Source: Candidatus Methanomethylophilaceae archaeon | GTDB taxonomy: Archaea > Thermoplasmatota > Thermoplasmata > Methanomassiliicoccales > Methanomethylophilaceae | Assembly (NCBI GenBank): GCA_050944155.1 | Contig: JBMNQN010000003.1 | Coordinates: forward strand, 47,250-111,249 | DNA: 64,000 bases | Direction: 5' to 3' | Part shown: in pieces, positions 9,971-19,330 of the stretch | How the letters are laid out: each line of letters starts with the position of its first letter | How positions within the stretch are numbered: the stretch's first letter is position 1 | Made by a program: the position numbers and the translations under genes | Notes under the pieces: model-generated | Told to the model about the DNA's origin: nothing | The model's input: only the letters and a program-made list of their open reading frames with translations | The model's database searches: none

Positions 9971-10084
9971 ATGGCAGACGAGAACGCAATGGAAGAGAAG
10001 AGGAAGCGCAACAACAAAATCATCGCCACGGTCATGTTTCTTTCCGTGCTCGCCGCGACGGTGTTTGCTTACTGCTACTTCTGA
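9971..10084 (+). CDS. Small 37-aa single-pass membrane protein MADENAMEEKRKRNNKIIATVMFLSVLAATVFAYCYF
   Basis: Translated by hand; GGTGA SD at 9962-9966, TATA-like TTATATAA ~9916-9923, basic patch followed by a TM helix. Confidence 0.65.
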   Translation: MADENAMEEKRKRNNKIIATVMFLSVLAATVFAYCYF

Positions 10085-10161
10085 TCGGCCGTAAACCGTA
10101 TTCCGGGTGCCCGCCCGGTTATTTTTAACACTGATACAAGGTACGCGCGGTACCTTCCGTT

Positions 10162-11484
<1,323 letters not shown>

Positions 11485-11509
11485 TTAATGCGTCCGCCTA
11501 TAAAATGAC

Positions 11510-12613
11510 TCATCGTTTTCCGTCGGGACTGACAGAAGAATAAACGGAAATTATCTCGTTCAGATTCAGATCGGTTTTGAACGAAGTGGGGGAAACATGG
11601 GTTTTGGACGCTCTGCCGTAAAGACGGAGTTCTTCGATCATGCGGTCTATTTTCGGCGGGGACAGTTTCGTATGGGAAGAAAGTTCGCTCAGGTCGTAAA
11701 CGAAAACGGAATCCAGTTCTTCTTTCCAAATATCCAGCATTTTGCCGCAGCGTTTCTCCTCCGCGGTTCCTTCCGGACTCATGGAATCAAGAATATCCCT
11801 GTCGTGAAGGGGACCCGCCCAAAGGGGACCGAGACGGTGTTCCGAATCCGAATGCTCCGACAGAGATCTTTCCATGGTACTCCTGTCGTAATGCATGTAA
11901 TTCAATTGTGCCAGCATCTTATCCGCTTCGACCGAGCCCTCGGTGATTCTTACATAGGTGCGGTAATAGTGGTCTGCGGAAAAAGAGAGCATGGGAACCA
12001 TTCCCCTGTCGAATTTGGCAAGTTCTCTGGCAACCGCACTCATAAGAATGCGCAGTCCGCCTTCGTGGCACATGTATCCTCTCACGGGTTCGGACTGGTA
12101 CCGTCTGCGGCATTTGGCCGCGTGGGCTCCCGCGAGGGGTGCGGTGTCCGTTGCCGTAACGGCGAGTATTCCTTTTCTGGAACATCCTCTTATCGCGGAC
12201 TGAATGAACGGAACCGGGGAACCGAAAGGATCCAGATCCACGTATCCGAACGCATGTTCGGAAAAAAGAACGTGAAGATTTTTTATCGACGGTTCGCAGT
12301 TTTCCAGATTGTTCTGCGCTATGTTTTTTTCTATGAACGGCAGAGAATCCGGATTGACGTCGTTTGCGGTGACTTCGGTGTTTTTCGCTTCGTTGGCTAT
12401 CCGTACCGCCCGTGCGCCGGTGGCGGTCATGGCGTCTGCAACCGTTATGTTGCGTTCGAGAGAACGCAGGAGCATCACGCTCACGTCACGGTTGAAGGCC
12501 ATCTGACTGTTGAAAAAAACACCGCCGGTCTTTTTACCGGGACCGCCGGAGGAATGTTCTTCGGGAACCGTCAGAAGCGTGTTTCCTTCCTTTACCGCGA
12601 CTGTTCGGGGCAT
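11510..12613 (-). CDS. trm1: tRNA (guanine26-N2)-dimethyltransferase Trm1
   Basis: VFFNSQMAFNRD, ATGARAVR, DLDPFGSP, VTATD, HEGGLRIL, GPLWAGPLHD. Confidence 0.93.
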   Translation of the reverse strand: MPRTVAVKEGNTLLTVPEEHSSGGPGKKTGGVFFNSQMAFNRDVSVMLLRSLERNITVADAMTATGARAVRIANEAKNTEVTANDVNPDSLPFIEKNIAQNNLENCEPSIKNLHVLFSEHAFGYVDLDPFGSPVPFIQSAIRGCSRKGILAVTATDTAPLAGAHAAKCRRRYQSEPVRGYMCHEGGLRILMSAVARELAKFDRGMVPMLSFSADHYYRTYVRITEGSVEADKMLAQLNYMHYDRSTMERSLSEHSDSEHRLGPLWAGPLHDRDILDSMSPEGTAEEKRCGKMLDIWKEELDSVFVYDLSELSSHTKLSPPKIDRMIEELRLYGRASKTHVSPTSFKTDLNLNEIISVYSSVSPDGKR

Positions 12614-13158
12614 CAGACATTTTCACCGCTCATCAGGCGTATGATTTTGTACGGGAGAATGTTGCGATTGGTAGGCGTCACTTCGAGTATGCGGACGTCG
12701 TCGCGTCTTCTTATGTCCTGCAGAAGAGGGTTTCTGGATTTTTTGTGCAGAGTTATAATCATGGGTTTCCCCACTTCGAGGGCCTCTTTTACGGATTCGA
12801 TGAACGCGGGGCATTCGACTTCCAGCCTCCCGACTTCGTCGATTACGATGATGTCGCACTCTTCGCATGCTCGTTTTATGGCGGCCACACCGATTTTTTC
12901 CAGTGCTTCAACGTCCAATCCGAGTTTTCCCACGGTTATACGGCTGTCTATGTCCACACTGGCGAAAACCTCGGTTTCTCCGGTGACTAAATCCCTTACG
13001 GTACACCCGGTCTTCCGGCGGCCGTCGTCAACGGGTTCGTTAATCATGCCCCCGATTTTCATGTCGCTGTCGCCCAGCATTTCCAGTACTTTCAGTAATA
13101 CGTAGGTCTTTCCGGACCCAGGAAGACCGGTTATGCCGATTTTGAGATTAGAAGCCAT
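12613..13158 (-). CDS. Nucleoside-triphosphatase, THEP1/NTPase_1 family
   Basis: ITGLPGSGKT, IIVIDEVGRLE, TLH; start reassigned to MASNLK at 13158. Confidence 0.9.
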   Translation of the reverse strand: MASNLKIGITGLPGSGKTYVLLKVLEMLGDSDMKIGGMINEPVDDGRRKTGCTVRDLVTGETEVFASVDIDSRITVGKLGLDVEALEKIGVAAIKRACEECDIIVIDEVGRLEVECPAFIESVKEALEVGKPMIITLHKKSRNPLLQDIRRRDDVRILEVTPTNRNILPYKIIRLMSGENV

Positions 13159-13208
13159 AATTCCGTATCCAGGTTGTACCTGTATGGTTTTTCTGATATA
13201 TAGACTGT

Positions 13209-13601
13209 TCACGGTTTTGGAGGCTGCGAAACCTCCGATACGAACATGAGAGGATATCCCAGCTCCGAATCGAATCGCATCTCGGCGGTGACCGAAACGT
13301 CTTCTATTTTTATCCGCACCACGACATCTATTTTCTCTCCGGTGAGGGAAAAATAGGAGTAGCGATCCCTGGCTTTGGAGAAAACGCTGCGGTCTATACG
13401 TATCCTGACGGATTCCACGTATGGCTGGGCTCCGACGCATTTTTCCATGGCTCTTTCCAGGTCTTCGACGCCGTTCAGGTTCACGGGGGTTCCCACGAAT
13501 TGGTGGTAAACCGTTCCCATTTTTATTCCGGCTTCGAACAGTGCGCGCTCTCTCACCGTGCAGCTGAATCTTTCGGCGGCCAAGGTTTCACGGTCTGTCA
13601 T
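13209..13601 (-). CDS. mptD: Archaeal dihydroneopterin aldolase
   Basis: RERALFEAGIKMGTVYHQFVGTPV, QPYV, LGYPLM; start at MTDRE. Confidence 0.88.
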   Translation of the reverse strand: MTDRETLAAERFSCTVRERALFEAGIKMGTVYHQFVGTPVNLNGVEDLERAMEKCVGAQPYVESVRIRIDRSVFSKARDRYSYFSLTGEKIDVVVRIKIEDVSVTAEMRFDSELGYPLMFVSEVSQPPKP

Positions 13602-13705
13602 CCGGAACGCGATGAGGTTCCGATTATTTTGATATGACGCATGTTTTTCGGAAAACGACCCGAAACGGCGGGAACAATTTATTAACACGATTGCATGAGG
13701 GTCCG

Positions 13706-14608
13706 ATGGAAAACATCGGGGAAAAAATCCTCAGACTGAAGGAAGAGAAGAACGCCGTAATCATGGCACACAATTACACGATGCCGGACGTTCAGGAAGT
13801 TTCCGATTACACGGGAGACTCTCTGGGTCTTTCCCGCGCAGCCGCGAAGACGGATGCGGACGTCATCGTGTTCTGCGGCGTCAATTTCATGGGAGAGACC
13901 GCAAAAATTCTGAATCCGGAAAAGAAGGTTCTGCTTCCCGAACCCTCGGCGGGATGTTCCATGGCGTCCATGTGCACAGGATACCAGATACGCGGACTGA
14001 GAAAAGAATACCCGGGAGCGGCGGTTGTCGCTTACGTGAATTCCACGGCGGACGTAAAGGCGGAAGCTGACATATGCTGCACCTCGTCCAATTCCGTGGA
14101 AGTGGTTTCGTCTCTTGACGAAGAGGAAGTCATTTTCGTCCCCGATGCGAATCTGGCACATTATACCGCGGAGCATGTTCCCGACAAGAAAATAATTCCC
14201 TTCCACGGATACTGTTCGGTGCATCACGGAATAACCGTAAGACAGATAGAGGATCTTCTGGCGGCCCATCCGGGTTCCAAGGTGATAAGCCATCCCGAAT
14301 GCAGGAAGGATGTGCTGGATATTTCCGATTTCGTAGGTTCCACGGAAAAAATGATCCGTTACGTAAAGGAATCTCCCGTTCCGCAGTTTATTGTCGCTAC
14401 AGACAGGAACATGGCCCACAGGATAATGAAAGAACGGGGGGACGCGGAGCTATTCTTCCCTCCCAACGCAATATGCCACACCATGAGAATGATGGATTCC
14501 CGTTCCGTTCTGGAGTCTCTGGAAGAAGAAAAATACGAAGTGGTTTTAGATCCCGTAATAGCGGAGAAGGCCCGCAGGCCCGTGGAAAGAATGCTTTCCG
14601 TCCGCTGA
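13706..14608 (+). CDS. nadA: Quinolinate synthase A
   Basis: AHNY, GDSL, FCGVNFMGETAK, GCSMA, YVNS, CSVH, HPEC, CHTM. Confidence 0.95.
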   Translation: MENIGEKILRLKEEKNAVIMAHNYTMPDVQEVSDYTGDSLGLSRAAAKTDADVIVFCGVNFMGETAKILNPEKKVLLPEPSAGCSMASMCTGYQIRGLRKEYPGAAVVAYVNSTADVKAEADICCTSSNSVEVVSSLDEEEVIFVPDANLAHYTAEHVPDKKIIPFHGYCSVHHGITVRQIEDLLAAHPGSKVISHPECRKDVLDISDFVGSTEKMIRYVKESPVPQFIVATDRNMAHRIMKERGDAELFFPPNAICHTMRMMDSRSVLESLEEEKYEVVLDPVIAEKARRPVERMLSVR

Positions 14609-15067
14609 TCAGCGGTACATCATTTCCCTGGCGTCTTCGGGAATCATGTTCTTGAGTTCCCCGTCGTGAAGGTCCGCCGTGTGCAGGGAAATCAGTATCA
14701 GGTGTTTAATCAGATCCTGAGACGGAACTCCGTCCCTGTAGCTCTGGATTATTTTGAACGTGATGTACCCGTCTTCCGCGTCAAGGTGGAAGCTGCCGTT
14801 GTTTATCGTGTTGTTGATATTGTTCAGTTCCACCGCAAGTTCTTTTCTTCTGCTGGGAGGCACTTCGAACATGAGGCGGCAGTAGATGTTGAGAGTTTTG
14901 TGTTCCTCGTCCGCAGCAAGAATCATTCCCAGGGGAAGGTCGCCGCCTCCGGCGGTAAGGTAAACGGCCTCTCCTTCTTCGGCGACTTCGTAATCGTAAT
15001 CAAAGCTGTCCAACGCTCTGCAGACCGCATTTTTGACGGATTTGGCTTTACCCTTTCTCTTGAACAT
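14609..15067 (-). CDS. YbjN-like (type III chaperone fold) protein with C-terminal MMYR
   Basis: ELNNINNTINNGSFHLDAEDGYITFK resembles the YbjN family pattern; start at MFKRK. Confidence 0.65.
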   Translation of the reverse strand: MFKRKGKAKSVKNAVCRALDSFDYDYEVAEEGEAVYLTAGGGDLPLGMILAADEEHKTLNIYCRLMFEVPPSRRKELAVELNNINNTINNGSFHLDAEDGYITFKIIQSYRDGVPSQDLIKHLILISLHTADLHDGELKNMIPEDAREMMYR

Positions 15068-15205
15068 GTTTATCGCAACTGCATGGTTTTGCAGATATTT
15101 GATGTTTGATATCTTATTTTTTAACACAGTTAATATTGCACTGTACGTAAAACGCAGGGTTCGGTTTCGGGAAATTCTTATTTCTCCGAACCCTTAGTGC
15201 GTGCG

Positions 15206-15270
15206 AGGGAAGCCGGATGAAGATATTCTGCGCTGATCCGTGATGAGCCCTATGAGTGCCGACGGCCCCT
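15206..15270 (+). ncRNA. Box C/D sRNA, sR-tMet-like, predicted to guide 2'-O-methylation of C34 in intron-containing pre-tRNA-Met
   Basis: Terminal stem GCCG/CGGC; box C ATGAAGA (15217-23), D' CTGA (15233-36), C' TGATGA (15241-46), D CCGA (15259-62); D guide GCCCTATGAGTG is complementary to CACUCAUA-GGGC. Confidence 0.82.
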
Positions 15271-15806
15271 CAGTCGTTTTCGAAGTCGGACATGCCGATA
15301 TACATGAGCAGGTCGCTCAGTTTCATTCCGTTATCCCATTTCATTATGTAATTTCCGTTTCCGGAAACCTCCATATCGGGAATGCGTCTTCCGAGAAGTC
15401 TGCTGCGTCCTCTGAGTTCTTCGCATCCTGGCAGAGTAAATACTCTCCACGGGTCTCCTCTCACTCCTTTAAGTCTGAAGGCGTATATGGGCACCAGGTG
15501 GGATTTCCGGCATTCTTGGCTCATGTGCTGGGCCTGCTCGGTCAGACGGGGATTTCTGCTGAAATGAAGAACTCCGTCCGCGGTGCTTTTGACTTCTATG
15601 GGAAAAGAAAAGTCCCAGCGCAGAGCCACAAGATCCACTCCCAGCGAACCCGCCGCTCTAACCACGAGAAACGGTTCTTCGAGCATGGACTCGTAAGCCT
15701 TCTTTTCGGACTCGCCGCAGGTTTTGACCATCTTCGCTACGGTTTTGGGGTCCCCGGTCAGAAGGGACTTCAGTTCTCTTTCGTAAATGTCTCCGGCGAC
15801 TGCCAT
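15270..15806 (-). CDS. hjc: Archaeal Holliday junction resolvase-like PD-(D/E)xK nuclease
   Basis: GDIYEREL, VRAAGSLGVDLVA, IEVKS; start at MAVAG. Confidence 0.8.
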   Translation of the reverse strand: MAVAGDIYERELKSLLTGDPKTVAKMVKTCGESEKKAYESMLEEPFLVVRAAGSLGVDLVALRWDFSFPIEVKSTADGVLHFSRNPRLTEQAQHMSQECRKSHLVPIYAFRLKGVRGDPWRVFTLPGCEELRGRSRLLGRRIPDMEVSGNGNYIMKWDNGMKLSDLLMYIGMSDFEND

Positions 15807-15870
15807 GTCTGAAGAAAAGGGTAAGCGGTTTATAAACAGGCACACGGGGTGGCCGAAAGTACCGAAAGTG

Positions 15871-17175
15871 TCAGGGGGACAGTCTTGCGGGGTCTCTCGG
15901 GAAGAGAATGGCTTCCCTGATGTTGGGCAGATCCAGCATTTTTGTCAGCAGTCTTTCGGTTCCGATGCCCCATCCTCCGTGAGGCGGCATTCCGAATCTG
16001 AAGGCTTCCAGGTAGAATTCGAAATCTTTCGGATCGAGTCCTTTCTTTTCCATCCTTTCCGTAAGACGGCCGATTCTGTGTTCTCTCTGTCCTCCGGAAG
16101 AGATTTCCTGCCCTTTGTAATCCAGGTCGAAAGAGTACGAGAAGGGAGTTCCGTCCTTCTCCATGATGTAGAAGGGTTTCGCTTCTTCGGGGTATTCGCA
16201 TATGAAGTAGAGCTCGTAACCTTTCGAGCTCATATAGTCTCCGATTATTTTCTCGCCCTCGGTTCCGAGGTCGTCTCCGTCCTTAAGTGCCAGACCGTTT
16301 TTTCTGACTATATCTAGGCACTCGCTGTAAGTGATGCGGGGATACGGAACCGCCGGAACGTTAACGGTTTTTCCCAGAACCGAAAGCTGTTTCTTTCCCC
16401 TTTCGGAGATGCCGGAAAGAACCCTGTTTATGATGGTTTCCAGCATGTTCATCACGTCTTCCTGGGAATCTATCCAGGATATTTCTCCGTCGAAGGAAAC
16501 GAATTCGGTCACGTGGCGGTTGGTGTTGGAATGTTCCGCGCGGAAGGCGGGGGATATTTCGAAAACCCGGTCGAGACCGGAAGACATGAGCATCTGTTTG
16601 TACAGCTGGGGGCTCTGTGCCAGATACGCTTCTCTGCCGAAATAGTCCACCTTGAAAAGGGTGGCGCCGCCCTCGGCTCCGGAGGAGTTTATTTTCGGAG
16701 TGGCGACCTGAGTGAACCCGTACTCGCAGCACACTTCCGTTATTATACGGTACATCAGAGATTTGAGTTCGAAAACCGCTCTGACCTCGGGCTTTCTCAG
16801 ATCCATGAATCTGTGGTTGAGGCGGGTATCGATTTCCGCGTTGACTTTGTCGATAACGCCCAGGGGAAGAGGTGTTTCGGCTTCCGAAATTATTTCCGCC
16901 GACGTAGGTATTATTTCGATACCCGATTCCGTCTGACTGCTCTCTTTGACGTCGCCGGTTATTCTTACGGCGGATTCTCTGGATACTGTGGTGAGCATCG
17001 CGAAAAGCCCGGGTTCGGTTTTCTTTTTGGGCATCGTTATCTGAACGGTTCCGAAACGGTCTCTCAGGATGAGGAAAGAAATTCCGCCGAGGTTTCTTAC
17101 GTCCTGCACCCATCCGCTGACGGTGACGGAGCCGTCTCCCGCTTCGATGTCGCCTGTGTTTCTGGACAAAGTCAT
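15871..17175 (-). CDS. aspS: Aspartate--tRNA ligase, archaeal type (probably non-discriminating)
   Basis: OB fold with GWV..RNLGG, LAQSPQLYKQ, FRAE, EISSGGQR, GMPPHGGWGIG.ER, LFPRD. Confidence 0.96.
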   Translation of the reverse strand: MTLSRNTGDIEAGDGSVTVSGWVQDVRNLGGISFLILRDRFGTVQITMPKKKTEPGLFAMLTTVSRESAVRITGDVKESSQTESGIEIIPTSAEIISEAETPLPLGVIDKVNAEIDTRLNHRFMDLRKPEVRAVFELKSLMYRIITEVCCEYGFTQVATPKINSSGAEGGATLFKVDYFGREAYLAQSPQLYKQMLMSSGLDRVFEISPAFRAEHSNTNRHVTEFVSFDGEISWIDSQEDVMNMLETIINRVLSGISERGKKQLSVLGKTVNVPAVPYPRITYSECLDIVRKNGLALKDGDDLGTEGEKIIGDYMSSKGYELYFICEYPEEAKPFYIMEKDGTPFSYSFDLDYKGQEISSGGQREHRIGRLTERMEKKGLDPKDFEFYLEAFRFGMPPHGGWGIGTERLLTKMLDLPNIREAILFPRDPARLSP

Positions 17176-17448
17176 TCGAATCGGAACGTTATACGCACGT
17201 ATGATAAAAAAGTGAGGTTTTGCGTCCGGCGGTTCCCCATCGCCGGTATAACGTCATATTTACCCGTTTCCGCCGGTTCTGCCGCCGCGGGACCCCGGTG
17301 TTTTTCTGTATAGGAATAAGAAAGCGCAGATCCGCACGGACCCTTCCCCCCTCCGGGAGAGAGGGTTCGTAAAATTCCTGCGGGGCGATTCCGAAACTAA
17401 TATAAGCGAAGGTCTTAATCTTCTTCCGATTTTAAGACAGGTGCATTC

Positions 17449-18591
17449 ATGTCAAAAGAAAAGGTTACAGTTTCGGTGATTAAAGCAGACGTCGGGTCCG
17501 TTGTAGGACATTCGAGGCCCCACCCCTCCATGATGGAAGCATGCAGGGAGATTCTTAAGGACGCCCAGAAGCAGAACGTCATCGAAGATTTCTACGTTAC
17601 CCGTGTCGGCGACGACATCAATCTCTTCATGACCCACTACAAAGGGGAAGAGAACAGCGACGTTCACGGCACAGCATGGGAATGTTTCCAGAAAGCGGCG
17701 AAAATTGCCAAATCCATGAAACTTTACGCTGCGGGACAGGACATCCTGACCGACGCATTCTCCGGAAACGTCAAGGGCGCGGGACCCGGTTCCGCTGAAA
17801 TGACGTTCGAAGAAAGAAAATCCGAACCTCTTCTCTTCTTCATGGCGGACAAAACCGAACCCTCGGCTTATTCCCCCATTCTTTCCAGGATATTCCTAGA
17901 TCCGTTCACCACCACCGGTCTGGTTATCGACGCGAGAGCCAAGAAAGGATTCGAAGTTGAAATCCAGGACGTTCTGGACAGCAAAAAGGTCGTAATGTCT
18001 TCCCCCGAAGAGACTCTGAGCATCCTCAGTCTTCTGGGAGACACTACCAGATACGCAATCAAAAGGATTGCTTCAAGAGCCGGAATCGGACCCGCATGTG
18101 CGGTATCCACCGACAAACTCAACCTGACTGCCGGAAAATACGTCGGAAAAGACGACCCCGTGTGCATATGCCGTGCTCAGAGCGGACTGCCCTCGGTGGG
18201 CGAATACCTTCAGCCCTTCGTCAACCCCACTCTGGTTGCGGGATGGATGAGAGGTTCCCACTACGGAGCGTTCTATCCCTGCTCCCCCGAAAGTTCCGAC
18301 CCCACTTACTTCGACGGACCTCCGAGAATATGCTGCCTCGGTTTCCAGCTCAACGAAGGAAAGCTTCAGGGTCTCGAACCCATGGACTCTCCGAACGGAG
18401 AACACGTCCCCGTGGACTTCTTCGCCGGAAACACCTGGGACATCGCGAGAGAAAGGGCTATGAAAGCATCCGCGTTCATGAGGAGCCAGGGTCCATTCAT
18501 GCCTTCCATACTCGGTCCCGAAGAGATGGAATACACGTCCCGTCCGGAAGTGCTGAAATCTCTCGTTTCGAGGTTCGAGAACATTGAGTGA
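17449..18591 (+). CDS. fbp: Bifunctional fructose-1,6-bisphosphate aldolase/phosphatase (class V)
   Basis: IKADVGS..GH, GDD, LYAAGQD, DKTEP, YVGKDDPV, GWMRGSH, FDGPP, EYT. Confidence 0.96.
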   Translation: MSKEKVTVSVIKADVGSVVGHSRPHPSMMEACREILKDAQKQNVIEDFYVTRVGDDINLFMTHYKGEENSDVHGTAWECFQKAAKIAKSMKLYAAGQDILTDAFSGNVKGAGPGSAEMTFEERKSEPLLFFMADKTEPSAYSPILSRIFLDPFTTTGLVIDARAKKGFEVEIQDVLDSKKVVMSSPEETLSILSLLGDTTRYAIKRIASRAGIGPACAVSTDKLNLTAGKYVGKDDPVCICRAQSGLPSVGEYLQPFVNPTLVAGWMRGSHYGAFYPCSPESSDPTYFDGPPRICCLGFQLNEGKLQGLEPMDSPNGEHVPVDFFAGNTWDIARERAMKASAFMRSQGPFMPSILGPEEMEYTSRPEVLKSLVSRFENIE

Positions 18592-19267
18592 CAAAAAATT
18601 CGGAAGGCCACTGATCGTCGTCAACTTCAAGGCCTACCTTGAGGCCAACGGCGATGATGCACTGGCACTTTCAAAAATCTGCGAAAAGGTTTCGTCGGAG
18701 TCGGGCGTACACATATGCGTGTGCCCTCCGGCGGCCGAACTCGGTTACGTTGCACGCAATGTAGGTATTCCAGTGTTTTCCCAGAGCGTGGATCCCCGTG
18801 CGCCCGGTTCCGCTACGGGATGGGTGACTCCAGCCATGGTCAAAGCCTGCGGGGCCGCGGGAACTCTGATCAACCACTCGGAACACAAAATCAAACCCTA
18901 CGACGTGGAACAGTGTCTGAACCTTTCCAAAGGCAGCGAACTGGTGACGATTGTCTGCGCAGACAACGATAAGATTTCCGCACAGCTGGCTCAGCTCCGT
19001 CCGGATTTCGTTGCCGTGGAACCTCCCGACCTTATCGGAGGGGACGTTTCCGTGACCAAGGCGAATCCCCTGATTATCGAAAACACGGTCGATGCCGTGC
19101 GTTCGGTCAGCAAGAACGTAAGGATTCTCTGCGGTGCGGGAATAAAAACCGGCGAGGACGTGAGAGCCGCTTTGGACCTGGGTACCGACGGCGTTCTTCT
19201 CGCGTCGGGAGTGGTAAAGTCCAAAGACCCGGAATCCGCGCTGAGAGATCTCATCGGAAAAGTCTGA
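18584..19267 (+). CDS. tpiA: Triosephosphate isomerase (archaeal)
   Basis: VNFKAY, NHSEH, VEPPDLIG, LCGAGI, GVLLASG. Confidence 0.96.
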   Translation: MSDKKFGRPLIVVNFKAYLEANGDDALALSKICEKVSSESGVHICVCPPAAELGYVARNVGIPVFSQSVDPRAPGSATGWVTPAMVKACGAAGTLINHSEHKIKPYDVEQCLNLSKGSELVTIVCADNDKISAQLAQLRPDFVAVEPPDLIGGDVSVTKANPLIIENTVDAVRSVSKNVRILCGAGIKTGEDVRAALDLGTDGVLLASGVVKSKDPESALRDLIGKV

Positions 19268-19330
19268 TTCCACTGCGTATACTAACTGCAGTACTGCCCG
19301 CGGTATTATACGAAGCCGGATAACTGTCTT

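Noticed and set aside
17337-17370. Purine/pyrimidine-rich hairpin between divergent aspS and fbp
   Set aside because: Single low-complexity imperfect stem upstream of the TATA box with no other supporting features.
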